Shown: piece by piece, positions 1-12,000 of the stretch
How positions within the stretch are numbered: position 1 is the first letter of the stretch
How the letters are laid out: every line of letters starts with the position of its first letter
Source of the DNA: Parvularia atlantis
Lineage: Eukaryota
DNA: 52,268 nucleotides
Assembly (NCBI GenBank): GCA_943704415.1
Contig: CALSCO010001213.1
Span: 1 to 52,268 of the forward strand
Direction of reading: 5' to 3'
Position numbers and translations under genes: made by a program
Notes under the pieces: generated by a model
Seen by the model: only the letters and a program-made list of their open reading frames with translations
Databases searched by the model: none
Told to the model about the DNA's origin: nothing

Positions 1-57
1 CCCCCCCGCTGCGCCCCGATCGGCCGCACCACCGCTAACGCGCGCGACGACACGCAG

Positions 58-2416
58 AAGCCACCGCTGCCCGCTGGCGGGCGCCCAAACAGCACCAGCC
101 GGCCGCTGAGGCGCGCACCCGTGCGGCCGCGATGGGACGCGGCGCTGACACGGCGCGGTGTGCAGCAGCATTGCCGCCGCCGCCCCGGCCATCGCGCCGC
201 GGCCCGTGAGCGGGTCCGAGCCAGCCGCCGCTGCCGCACCAGCACGGCAGCCGATCCTCCCGCCGCGGCAGCCGCAGAGCGCGCCCAGCCCTGCCGTCGT
301 CGCTGCGGATGCCGCGGCAGCGCCGTCTCCCACGCCCAAGCCGCGCATGCCCTCGCGGCCGGTGTCGACCGCAGTCGACCCGAACGAGAACCCGTTCCTG
401 TCGCCGCCGGCCGAGGAGGAGCGTCCCGTCATGCCGCCACGCCCGGCCGCTGCCGCCGCTTCCGCGGCCGAGCCGGTCATGCCGCCGCGTCAAGCTCAGC
501 CGGTGCTGCCACCGCGAACAGCCGAGCCTGTGATGCCGCCCCGCCCGACGGCCGCCGCCGCCGCAGCAGCAGCAGAAAGCGAGCCGGTGATTCCGCCACG
601 CCCCGCAGCAGCCGCGCCCTTCAAGCTGCCGCCCCGTGGCGAGTCGGCCGCGCAAATGACCCTCCCGCCCCGGCCCGACGCGACAATGATGGCCGCAGCC
701 GCCTCGATCGCTCAGCTGATGCTCCCGCCCCGTGGGAGCGCCGCCCCGGCCGACGGCGGCACCGTCGCACCGCCGCCCGGCGCGCCCCAGTTCCGCCTGC
801 CCGCGATCAAGCCCAACGCCACTGCCGGCAGCGCCGAGATCACCGTGCCGCCCAAGATGGTCGCGGCGGGCGCGACGGCCGCAGCCGGTGCCATGACCAC
901 GGCTGCCGCGAACGGCACGCTCCCGCCGGTCAAGGTCAACCTGGCCGCGGCAGGCGTGCCGGGCGGACCGACCGAAGTCGCAATCCCGTCCCGCTTTGTC
1001 GCCATGGGCGCAACAGCCGCGGCCAGCTCGATGACGACAGCGGCGCAGAGCGGCACCCTCCCGGCCCTCAAGGTCAACGTCAACAGCAATGGCACCGCGA
1101 GCGTGCAGCCGCCGCAGATGCCGCCGCGTGCGGGCGCGTCGAGCGCACCCAGCACGCAGGACGGCGCGACGACAGCGATGGCCGCCATGGCGGCCGCAGC
1201 GCGCTCGATGCCGCAGATGCCGCCGCGGTCGCCCACGTCGACCGAGACCACGCCCACGACGGCCACGACGCCCGCCATGCCGCCACGCCCGGGGCGTACG
1301 CCCGCTGTCACGCCGCCCATGCCCGCGCGCCCACAGTCGGACGCCAACGAGGAGGCACAAGCGGCCGACGCCAAGCCCGCAATGCCGCCACGATCAACGC
1401 CCGCGATGCCGCCGCGGCCCGGCACCAGCACCGCAGCCGCAGCCGCACCAGCTGCGACGCCCGCGATGCCGCCGCGCCCCGGCACCACGCCCGCCATGCC
1501 GCCTAGACCGTCAACGACCACCCCCGCCATGCCGCCCCGACCCACGACTGGCACCGCCGCTGCCGACACCGCTGCTCCAGCCGCCACGCCCGCCATGCCG
1601 CCCCGGCCGACGGTAGCCGCACCGAGCAACGCGCCGCCGCGCATGGGCGTTGCACTGCCAGCGATGGTGCCGCGCCCGACACCCGCAACGGCCCCCGCGC
1701 CTTCGCCCGCTGCCGACGTGCCGCCGCCGTACTCGGAGATGGACGAGGCAGCAGCGGTGGCTGCACCGCCACCGGCTGTGCCTGCAATGCCAGCGCGCCC
1801 GCGCACGCTCCCGGCTCCCGGCGCCGCAGCTGCGGTGCGCACAAACACGCTTCACGATTATGGCATCTGACGGCGCGCACAAACGCAGCCGTCGCTCCCC
1901 GCACGCGGCGGGCCACTGCCGCAGCTGCCGTCGCGACCGGCCGCGGCGTCTGCAGCGTGCGTGCGCAGCGACGGTTGCTTTGCACGCACTCACGCTCTGC
2001 CGCGCGCCGCAGATGGAATATCCCGGCCGAGACCGTCTCGTACCACCGCGCCAAGTTCACGGTCTCGGACACGGACCGCGACGGCTTCCTGGACGGTGAG
2101 ACGCCCGTGTGCTGCTCGGTTCGCTGACGCGCGCACGCACGCGCTAGCCAACCAGGTGCGCGCGATCTTCCTCGAATCGGGCCTGGACAAGAAGATGCTG
2201 GCGCAGATCTGGTGCGTGCACGCGGGCGGCTGCACGGCGCGCGGCAGATGCTGACCCGTCCGCGCCGCCCGCAGGACGCTGTGTGACTCGCAGCGCCGGA
2301 GCAAGCTCAACTGGGAGGAGTTTGTGCTGGGCATGCACCTGATCGAGCAGACACTCCAGGGCTCGCCGGTGCCGCAGGCGCTGCCGGCGACGCTCGTGCC
2401 GCCGAGCGTGCGCTGA
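58..2416 (+). CDS. Proline-rich protein with a C-terminal EH (Eps15-homology) domain; 5' end lies outside the window
   Basis: Long exon (~166-1834) with many PxMPPRP motifs. Spliced 3' exons read WNIPAETVSYHRAKFTVSDTDRDGFLD/ANQVRAIFLESGLDKKMLAQIW/TLCDSQRRSKLNWEEFVLGMHLI...LPATLVPPSVR*, a typical EH domain. TGA at 2414-2416. Confidence 0.85.
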
Positions 2417-2494
2417 CGCGAAGCTTTGCCCGTTTTTTTTTCTTTTGGTTGTTGCTTGTGCCGCCCCTCTGAAACCGCAGTCGATCCTCCCCAT

Positions 2495-3146
2495 TCACCA
2501 CTCGGCGGTATTGCCCGCGGACGGCGCGGGCTGCATGATGCTGTCGACAAGGACGAGGAACTCGCGCAGGCCCTCGCGGAAGCGCGCGTACGACCAGTCG
2601 CCCTCGTCCTCGACCAGGCGGTGGTCGCCGCCCGTGAAGACGTACACGGTCGCCTTCATCGGCACGGCGTCGGCGCGCCACGCCTCGTCCTCGCCGGGGC
2701 CGCGCACGAGCTGGTCGAGCGGCACGGCCACGCGCGCGGCCTCGACCTCGACGACGGCGCGGACGTACTTCTGCGCCCGCGGGGTGCACGTGTCAAGGGC
2801 CTCGGGCGCACCTCGCATCGGCCCAGCGCGCGCACCGTGCCCTCGTACTCGTCCAGCACGAGCTGCTCGCCGTCGCCGGCCAGCGGGAACATGACGCCGT
2901 CGACGACGTCCTCGGGCGCGCCGGGCACGGCCGCGGGATACGTCCCGTCGCTCACGCGGCGCCGTCGGTATCCCTGCGCGCGCCTCATCCACCAGCGCCT
3001 CATCCACCGCGGGATCGCACCCGCAGCAGCGCACGGCGCACGGGCCGCGCGGCCGCCGGCGCGCCCAGCAGCCGCGCGACGACCTCTGGCGCCTGCAGCG
3101 AGCCGTAGAAGAAGGCGAGCGCGCTGGCCGAGCTGTTCGCCGCCAT
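2495..3146 (-). CDS. Gamma-glutamylcyclotransferase / AIG2-like protein
   Basis: MAANSSASALAFFYGSLQAPEV...GYRRRRVSDGTYPA...VDGV...LDEYEG..YVR...VYVF...WSYARF. The FYGSL, YPA and LDxYEG motifs fit this family. Two introns. Confidence 0.85.
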
Positions 3147-3208
3147 GCGCTGTCACTGAACCAGGAAGAGAAGGAGTGGCGCCACTTGGTCGTTTGTCTG
3201 CGCGCCAA

Positions 3209-4312
3209 ATGGTGCGCGCCGCCGTCTGCCGCCGCGCCGTGTGCCGCCGCCTCGACGCTCAACGCGGCGCGCAGTCGAAGAAGACCAAGGGCCTGTCGTT
3301 CGACGAGAAGCGCAAGCGGCTCGCGGAGCTGTTCTACGAGACCGTGCGCGCGCCGCCCCTGCCCCTGCTCTCCGCGCCACCCGCTGAGCGCCCCCCCGCC
3401 CGCGCGCGCGCTGCAGAAGGACTTCTTCACGCTCAAGGAGCTCGAGAAGATCGCGCCGAAGGAGAAGGGCATCGGTGCGGCGCCGTTTGCGCACGTCCGC
3501 GCGTACTGCTGACAGGGCCGCAGTGTCGCAGACGGTCAAGGAGGTGCTGCAGAGCCTCGTCGACGACAGCCTCGTCGACACGGAGAAGGTCGGCACGTCG
3601 GTCTACTTCTGGGCCTTCCCGTCCAAGGCGGCCAACCTCGTTGCGTCGCGCACGCCTTGCCGGGCTACCCTGCGCGCACTCACGCGCGCGTGAACCGCAG
3701 CGCAAGCGCAAGATCGCCGAGCTGTCGGACCAGGTCGCGGCCGAGGACGGCAAGGTCAAGCAGGTGCGCGCGCGCCCCCGCTGCGAGCGCGCACGGGCTG
3801 CAACGTGACGGTGCGCCCGCAGCTCAAGAAGGCGGCCGAGGAGGCGGCCAAGGGGCGCGAGGACACGGATGAGCGCGCCGAGCTGACCGAGCGCCTGGCG
3901 CGGCTCGAGGCTGTGCGTGCGCCTGCCTGCCTGCGTCGCGGCGCCCTGATCAGTCGCCCACGCAGGAGGACAAGGCGCAGCTGGCCGAGCTCGCGCAGTT
4001 CAAGGAGAACGACCCGGAGGTGCTCAACAAGCGCCGTGCGTGGCCGTGCGCAGAGGGCAGCATACGCGCGCGCCGCCCTGACAACACTCGCGCGCGCACG
4101 CAGGCGAGCAGGCCGAGCTCGCGCTCAAGGCGGCCAACCGCTGGACGGGTGCGCGGGCGCGTGCGTGCGTGTGCGCTGCTTCCGGCTGATTGCGCGCGGC
4201 GGCAGACAACATCTTTGCGATCCAGCAGTACTGCGCGAGCTCGTTCGGCATCAGCAACTCGGACTTCTTCGCGCAGTTCGAGATCCCCGAGTCGCTCGAC
4301 TACGTCTCGTGA
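3209..4312 (+). CDS. MND1: Meiotic nuclear division protein 1 (Hop2-Mnd1 complex)
   Basis: ATG-only first exon, then [90 protein letters not shown]. About 8 introns. Confidence 0.95.
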
Positions 4313-4329
4313 GCCTCCCTGGTCACGTG

Positions 4330-6059
4330 TCACACAGCCCCCATGTCTGCCGCCCAGAAGCGCGCCTTGTGGTCCTCGCTGCGCGCGTGCGGCCGAGCGG
4401 TCAGCACTGGGCCGACGATGCGCGCGCGGGGGCGCACCTGCACGAGATGATGCCGGGCGCGGCCTGCGACGTCGCGACGCAGCGGACGGGCCCCGAGTGC
4501 GCTGCGCACGCGCGGCGTCAGCCATCGGCCGCGCATCACCCGCGGTGCGCGCGCGCGCACAGGTCAGCCGTTGGTACACGCTCGCCCCGCCCTTGCGCGC
4601 GTCCCAGACGAGGACCTGCTCATCGCCCGCGACGATGTAGTCCTCGTCGTAGCAGAACGCGGCGTTGCACGAGAGGCGCATGGGCCGCGGGCGCGCGCCC
4701 TCAAACACGCTCACGAGCGCGCCCGACGACGCCTCCCACAGCCGCACGGTCGCGTCCGCGCCCATCGTCAGCACATACTTGCCGGCGGCGCTGAACGCGG
4801 CCGAGAAGACCTGCGCGCGCCCCACCGGTGTCGGCGGCAGCGGCTTCCGTCGCAAACGAACGGCCGCACCTCGCCCGCGTTGTGCGCGCTGTTGACCGTG
4901 AAGAGGCACTTGCCCGCGACCGCGTCCCACAGCTTCCACGACCCGTCCTTGGAGCTCGTGGCGTACTGGTGCCCGAGCGGCGAGAAGCGGATCTGCGGCG
5001 CAGTGAGCACGAGCAGTCGCCGTCGAGTGAGCACGAGCAGTCGCCGTGGACGGCGTGCACCTGGCGGATCGGCCCGCGGTGCTCGGCACCGGCGTCGCTC
5101 GGCGTGAAGCACTGCAGCGTGCCGATGTCGTACAGCTGCGGGACCGGGTGGTCGGTGCCGACGGCGAGAAAGTCGCCCGAGGGGTGGTACGAGATGCTGC
5201 GGACGCTGCACGGTTGCTGCGCGGCGGCGGCAGTGTCGGCGGCGAGCGCCCCGCACGTCGGGACAAGCGCACCGAGACGTGCTTAGTGGCCTGCTTCTGG
5301 TTGCCGCGCGTGAGGTCGAAGAACTTGATCGTGCCGTCCTTGGAGCACGAGGTGAGGACGATGCCGGTCGGGTGGAAGGCGACCTCGTTGACAGGCTGCC
5401 GGCGCGCGTCTCAGCGGCGGCCGCAGACGCAGAAGCAGACGCACCGCCGTGTGGTCGTACAGCGTGCGCACGATCGGCTTGTCGGCGGTGTCGGTCGGGC
5501 GCACGGCCAGGCTGGCGACGTCGAGCAGCTTGATCGTCGTGTCGGACGAGCCGCTGGCCATCATCCGCGCGTTGGCGCTGAACGCGGCCGTGCGCACGGC
5601 CTGCTTGTGCGTCGTGATGTGCGCGGGGATGTGCCGCGGCAGCGGCCGCGCCGGCCCGCGCGTCGTGTCGTCGAGATCGAGCCCGACGACGCCGCTGCTG
5701 CCCGTTGGCGCCGCTGCCATCCCCGTCGTCGTCGTTGCCATCGTCGCCACCGCGCTGCCGTTGGCCGGCGCGGGCAGATCGCCCTCGCCATCCCCGCCCG
5801 CCGCGTCCGCCGCCGCCGCGCCCTGGCCCGCGCGCTGCCCCGCGGCGACGAGCGCGGCCAGGTCGTGGGCCGGGTCGATGCGCGGCGGCGGCAGCCCGGC
5901 GGCGTCGGCGACGACGGCCGCGGCCGAGTTCCAGCCGTACGCCTGCAGCTGCCTGTGCGGCGCGCGCTTTGGCCTTCGCGGCCGGCCCGGGCGCCGCCGA
6001 ACGGCCGCGCGATGCGCGCACCGCACGATCAGCTGCACGACGTCGGCCTGGTCCATCAT
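4330..6059 (-). CDS. CSTF1: Cleavage stimulation factor 50 kDa subunit (WD40)
   Basis: N-terminal QLIVRQLQAYGW dimerisation-like segment, then HITTHKQAVRTAAFS, SGSSDTTIKLLDV, PIVRTLYDH, YATSSKDGSWKLWD, C-terminal DHKARFW. Confidence 0.9.
5002..5047. repeat. Two-copy ~22-bp direct repeat inside a CSTF1 intron
   Basis: agtgagcacgagcagtcgccgt occurs twice, nearly in tandem; each copy contains a GCTCAC branch-point motif on the minus strand. Confidence 0.85.
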
Positions 6060-6112
6060 CAGGACGGGCTCAAGCTGAGACAGATTCGCGACGACTTGTC
6101 TCAGATCTTAGA

Positions 6113-6817
6113 ATGGCACAGCGCTTCGCCGAGTTTGGCGCGACCGACGTGGCCGACGCCCTCGCCAAGCTCGGGCTGCTGCCGGCGTGCCTGCGCGACG
6201 TCGTGCTGTGGGCGCCCGAGCACGCGCGCGGCCCGACCAAGATCGTCGGCCCGGCCCACACCGTGCGCATGGTCTCCGCCGCCGACAAGCCGCCCAAGCT
6301 GCCCGTGCACCACGTCGACGCGGCCACGCCGGGCTGCGTCGTCGTGATCGCGAGCCCGCCGGGTGCGCGGGCGCGTGCGGCCTGCCTCTGCCGTCGCTGA
6401 TCGTGTGCTCGCGCGCGCGTGGGCGCAGTCGACGGCGCCGTGTGGGGCGGCCTCATGAGCACGCGCGCGGCCCATCTCGGCGCCGTCGCCGTCGTGACCG
6501 ATGGGCGCTTCCGCGATGTGGAGGAGCAGCGCGCCCTCGGCTTCCCGGTCTTTGCGCGCGGCCTGTCGTGCCACGGCGCGGGCGGCTTTGTCGCGCCCCA
6601 GGCGATCAACGAACCCGTCGTCGTGGCCGGCGTGACTGTCCGCCCAGGCGACATCGTCGTGGGCGACGCCAACGGCGTGGTCGTCGTGCCGCAGGAGCAC
6701 GTCGACGCCGTGCTGGCCGAGTGCGCGCGCGCCAAACCGATCGAGGACGCGTGTATGCGCGACCTGCGGGCGGGCCACGCCATCGGCGAGACGTTTGCGA
6801 AGCACCGCGGCAAGTGA
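6113..6817 (+). CDS. RraA-like / HMG aldolase family protein
   Basis: ATDVADAL...KIVGPAHTV...AVWGGLMSTRAAHLGAVAVVTDGRFRDVEE...FPVFAR...VRPGDIVVGDANGVVVVP. One intron. Confidence 0.92.
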
Positions 6818-6849
6818 GGCTCATGTGCTGCTCAGAGTGGCAGGTGCAT

Positions 6850-7963
6850 CTAGGCAACGTCGAGCGGCGCCGACGGCGGTGCCAGCGCCCCGCCGCACAG
6901 CGCCGACAGCTCGGCCTCGTCGATGAACTTGAGCAGCTCGTCCTTGAGCGCCGCGCCCTCGCCCCACACAAAGTGCACCTTCTGCCGCGTGACGCTGTCG
7001 ATGAACGGCGAGATGAACTGCGCGCGTGCGGCTCGCGTTTTGGCTGCCCGTGCTGCGCAGCCGCACGCCGTCCGCGCACCAGGTAGAGCAGGCGGAAGTA
7101 CCAGGGCGGGTTGACGAGCAGCGCGAGGCCGAGCCGTTCGGGGAAGTGGTTCTGGAGCATGTCGAGCGTGACTGTCGAGGTCTTCTTGCTGTCGGCGTCG
7201 TTTGTGCGCTCGCCAAACAGCGCAAAGTCGAGCACCCCTGCACGCCGCCGGTCGGTGCAACGTGTGCATGCTGCCGCAGCGGCACGCACACGACATCTTC
7301 TCGACGTGGCCCGCCTCGGCGCTGTCGGCGTACGCGGTCGTCGTCTCCATCAGCCACGCTGACGCACGCCGGTCAGCGCCCCGTCGCTGCTGGTGTGCAG
7401 CCCGGGCCGCGCACCCATGAAGTTGATGCGGCTCTGCGCCGGGTACGGGTTCTTGGCGCCTGCGGGCGCTCGATCAGGCCCCGCGGCAGGGCGGGCCACG
7501 CGGCGCGAACCCGGCCGCATGTAGATCACCGGCCGGCCCTGCTTGTCGCGCCCGAGCCGCGCGACCGTGCCCAGCCCGTTCACGTCCGCGACCATCTTGG
7601 CCGTGAGCTCGTCCGGCCTGAGCTCGTCGCGCCACGCGAGCGTCGCCTGCAGCATCTTCAGCGCCTGCATGCGCGCGCAGCTGTCAGCAGCCCCTCCCCC
7701 CACACACACACGCACGCGCACTGGCGGCGCACGTTGGCCACGTTGAAGCCGCGCGCGCGCAGGTAGCGGCGCAGGCATCGCGGCGTGCCTGCCATCGCGA
7801 GCGCGGGCGATCAGGCCACGTTGTCGCACGCCGACAACGCACAGAACGCCCGCGCGCGCTCCGACGCCGCCGTCTGCGGCTCGATCGCCGCGGCCAGCGC
7901 GCGCAGCGCCGCCCACTCGGCCTCGCCCGCGACAAAGTCCGGCGGCAGATCGGCCAGCGACAT
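6850..7963 (-). CDS. CRAL-TRIO / Sec14-family lipid transfer protein (PDR16-like)
   Basis: CLRRYLRARGFNV, ALKMLQATLAWR, GRDKQGRPVIYMRP, LQNHFPERLGLALLVNPPWYF, ISPFIDSVTRQKVHF. Confidence 0.92.
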
Positions 7964-8038
7964 GCGAGCGAAAGTGGCTGGTTGGACGGGTGGTTGAGCT
8001 CGCTTGGCCTACACATCGGCTGGGCTCACTGCACATGC

Positions 8039-8089
8039 GCTCACGGCTCAGTTGAGCTCACGGCTCAGTTGAGCTCACGGCTCAGTTGG
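8039..8089. repeat. 3 x 17-bp tandem repeat (gctcacggctcagttga) overlapping the UFC1 stop codon
   Basis: Units at 8039-8055, 8056-8072 and 8073-8089; the last has one mismatch. Confidence 0.95.
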
Positions 8090-9004
8090 GCTCTTGGTAG
8101 ACAAGCTTGCCGTGCGCGATCAGGTCCGGCACCTCGACGGCGAGCCACGGCGCGAGCTGCCACACACGCGCAAGCGCACGTCAGTCGGACTCCAGCACAG
8201 CAACAACGCTGTCGCGTACCCCGAGGGCGAGCGCGTGCGCGATGCCAAAGTGTGGCGAGTTTTTGCTCCACAGCGGCTTGAAGTGGTCGGTTGTGCAGAT
8301 GATCCCGCCGCTGATGCGCGCGCCGCGGCGCGTCAGCATCTCATGTGCGCACACAGCCACCACAGCCGCACGCCACCGGTACATCTTGGGCGTCTTGCCC
8401 TCGAGCTCCGGCAGCCTGATCTCGGGCGCGACGGCCGGGTACGTCGCGGGGATCTGCGCGCAATGCGGCGATGCCACGATGCCGCGATGCCTGAGTGCGC
8501 GCGCGCTGCTGCAGGCGGGCAGGCACGCGTCCGCCACCTCAAACTCCATGAGGAACTCGTACTTGAGCATGTCGTGCACGTGCCAGCACTTGCCAGACCA
8601 CCTGCGCAGCGCGGTACCGGCATCAGCCGCGCATCGGTGCAGCGCATTGGCGCAGCGCACTTGAGCCCCGTCGCATCAGAGTCGAGCTTGAACCAGTCGG
8701 CATCGGCCGCCTTGTTGATCTCCACGTACTGCGCCCGCCGTGCGCCACGCGTGCGCCGCGCGCTCAGGGACGATGCGAGCGAGGCGAGCGCGTGTGCGTG
8801 CGCGCCCGACCTTGATCAGCGCGTTGTACTCCTCGGCCAGGCGCACCGTCCACGCGTCGCCGTCGCGCGGCCCCGCCTTGGTGCGCATCAGCGGGATCTT
8901 CTGCACCGTGCTCTGTGCCGCATGCCGCACGCAGCGGCGCGTCAGGGCGAAGGCGGCGCGGGCGCGAAAAGACGACGGACGCGTGCCTTGGTGGCTGCAT
9001 CCAT
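8082..9004 (-). CDS. UFC1: UFM1-conjugating enzyme 1
   Basis: [17 protein letters not shown]...[26 protein letters not shown]...WSGKCW...IPATYP...[27 protein letters not shown]...[21 protein letters not shown]. Confidence 0.97.
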
Positions 9005-9050
9005 GTCGACGTTCGAAAATAGCAACAGCACCGTGTACAATCGCCCGCAC

Positions 9051-12000
9051 TCACTCGTCCAGCACAAACACCTTCGGGCCGACGCAGGTCAGCTGCACCG
9101 CGGCATGCTCAAAGACAGGTGCTGGGCGGATGCCACTCGCAAGCGGCGTAAGGTAATCCTCCATGTTGGCGATCGCGTAGAAGCCGGCCATGCGCTTCGC
9201 CTTGACAAGCATTGCTCGCTGCGCTTCGTAAGTGATGCAGCCCGTCTTGGCGATGTAGAGTGCCCTGACATCGTGCACGCCGTTCCAATGGTCTTCTGAG
9301 AGTTTCCGCAGGTGTTGAAGGTTCTTGTACGAAAAGATTTCATGCGGCAACTGATCATCATGATCGGACGCAGCGTTCCCGTTCGCCACCTCGGCGGCCT
9401 CAAGCTCCGAGTCCGAGGCCGGCTCTGCGTCATCAACCGGCGAGCGTGCTGCGCTTGTACCGCCGAACTCAGTTGAAAGCACAGTACCATCCTGAGTGAC
9501 GTATTGCTGCGGCGGAGCTGCGCGTCGCCACTTTTTCTGCCACACTTCCGCCATCTCGAGCAGCCTGTACAGCCGGTTCTCGGCCGGCTGGAGCAGCACA
9601 ATGATGTCGATGCCGATGTCTCGGGTGCGCGGCGGTAGCTTGTGCTTTTTCAGCAGCCGAACGAGCAGGTCTGGCACAGCCGTGCCGGTCGAAATCATCT
9701 TGGGGTAGTTCTTGACCAGATGCGAGAGTTCGGTCTCTGCTTTGTCGCGCAGCCACGGATAGCCAGCTGCGCGGCAATCTTCGTTGCTGTAGAACGGGCC
9801 GCTTGAGGCATAGACAAGCCAACGATACAACGCGCCCTCCACTGTCGAAGTGCCTGCATGGCTAAAATTGCGCAAGACCGCCGCGGCGAAGCGCATCGCA
9901 AGAGCGCGCAGAGCCTTCATGTGTTTTTCGTCCACGAGCAGGTGATACGCATACTCCAGCCACAAAATCAGCACGTCCGTGATCGCAAAGAACGGCGTGT
10001 GTTCGTTCACACCGGTCTCGTAATTTGCCAGCGCCGGCATCGAGACCGCGTCGCACCCGTGTTCTTGCAATGCTCCAGCCGTGGCGAGCTGCAGGAGCCC
10101 GCTCAGTGGCAAGAACAAGCTCAGATCGCCGAAGGGGCGTTTGCTTTGCGTAGCGCGCCAGAGCGAGACGAGGTACATGTGTGCAGCAACCTTGAGATCA
10201 TTCAACTTGTCCAGGTCGACTGCATGCTGAACTAGGTCGCGAAAGAACATGGAAAAGTTTTGCATGCCGAAGTTGCGCCGCAGCACGTCGCCGATGACAC
10301 AGTGGAGGATGTGCGAGAGTGGATGCCACTGCCCTTTGTGAGATCTGGCGGCCACGTACACCATCAGCCTCTTCAGGGACATGTCGGGTTTCTTAGCGAC
10401 GATGTCGAGCCAGCGCGCAAAGTGCACATCTGCGTGAAAGCGCAGCTGCCAATTCTGCTCTGCTTGAGCCAGCGCCAGCTGCTGGCAAAGCGTCTCGAAT
10501 ACGTCTCGTGCGTCTTCCTCCAAGTGCTGCACGAGATCGCTGAAGTGTTCACGGGTTTCCACCAAAATCGGCTCGCCGGCACCGTTGGCGTCGCTGGCCC
10601 GGGAGACACCGTTCAACTCGTCGCGAAACAAGAAAAGGCTGGAAAGAGCGCCTGAAAGCGTTCCAGACAGAGGATGAACGCTCCGCGTGATCAGGCTGCA
10701 CGCGACGGCGGCCAGCCCAACGCGGTCGCCGCAGAGTTCCACGGCGAGAGCACGCCCCAGCGCAGGGTGATAAGGACGCAGCAGAAAATCGCCGGACCGA
10801 ATCAGCAAGGACATGTCTACGACTGTAGTTTGCGTTTCTTTCCATAGCTTCTTGAGCACTGCGAACGACTTGCCTGGGAACAGCTGGCCAAAGTCAGCTT
10901 CCGTGAGAGCGCGCTTGCCGTTGGTAAAGCCAGAAACTAGGCAGATGATTGCCACACCCTCGAGATACTCGGGCATCATCATTGCGCCTGCAGCATTGCG
11001 GTTGCGCCACCCGACTCCTTGCAGCCATGCGTGCAGGTGCTCACGGATGTTGTACTGGACACCGAAGCGGCACAGACCGTAGTAAACAAAGTGTTTCGGC
11101 AGCGCAAGGTCAGTGTCGTCGTTATCCGGCGCAGCGCGACGTCCGTCCACGTTCGCCCAGGCGCGCTCAAAGTCTGTAATGTACTCCCTCAGTGGCTTGC
11201 TTTGACGCGACACAATGCCGAAAGCACGGTCGAGCAGTAGTAGCTCAGGCTCCGAAAGAGAGCTCGCCAACTTGAAAGTGTTCATGTCCTGCGGCAAGGC
11301 CACGACATTGACGTTCCTTCCACTTGCGCGGCCACCGTTTCCTCCTCCACGGCGTGCCGCGCTCGCAACAGCTCGCACCGCGGCGACGGCCTGCACGCGG
11401 ACCAGGCGAACTACTACCACAGGCAGGCGAAGTCTGCGCAGGCAGTTTATGAAGTTATCGTATTGCATGTCTCTGGCGTCGTCGACGAGAATCACGGTCG
11501 CAATAAGCCCATTCTCCGTGATCGTGAGAACGGGAATGCTGGCCTTAATTTCGTCCGTCTTGGAAAGATCATGGGCGACGACACACGGAAACTGCGAGCG
11601 CAGCGTGAAGAGAGCGTGGCGGCCGATCGTGCTGGCGCCTGTGCCTGGCTCATGCTCGACGCGCAGCTCGTCTACGCAGTTGACACCTTGAGTTCCAGTG
11701 AGGCCTTGCACACGCACCGCTTTCTGCTCGATCATGTGCTTCAGCTCTTCAAGATCGTCGCGAGGAACAAGCACCCCGGTCATCTTGAACAGCAACCACG
11801 CGGCGGGCTCGCCCATCGCAAATCTGTTGTCGGCTTCAGTCATCTGTTCCTCTTGGCTTGGGTCCTCAACCCCGTGCCGCAGGTCTGCCTGATTTGCAAT
11901 GTCCTTGTGCACGACCGTGCCCCATGTCTTAAGCAAGTGAGCATGCGGCGGCGTAAGAACACGCTCGCCAGCAGCGGGCCCTCGAATGCGTTGTTCCGCG

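Noticed and set aside
8039..8089. CRISPR-like array
   Set aside because: No spacers, no cas genes, eukaryotic context; a simple tandem repeat.
8913..8990. Additional GC donors in UFC1 intron 1, SERINC (~18818) and ACOX (~51041)
   Set aside because: In-frame GT donors lie 6-9 nt downstream in each case, so they are ambiguous and were not counted.
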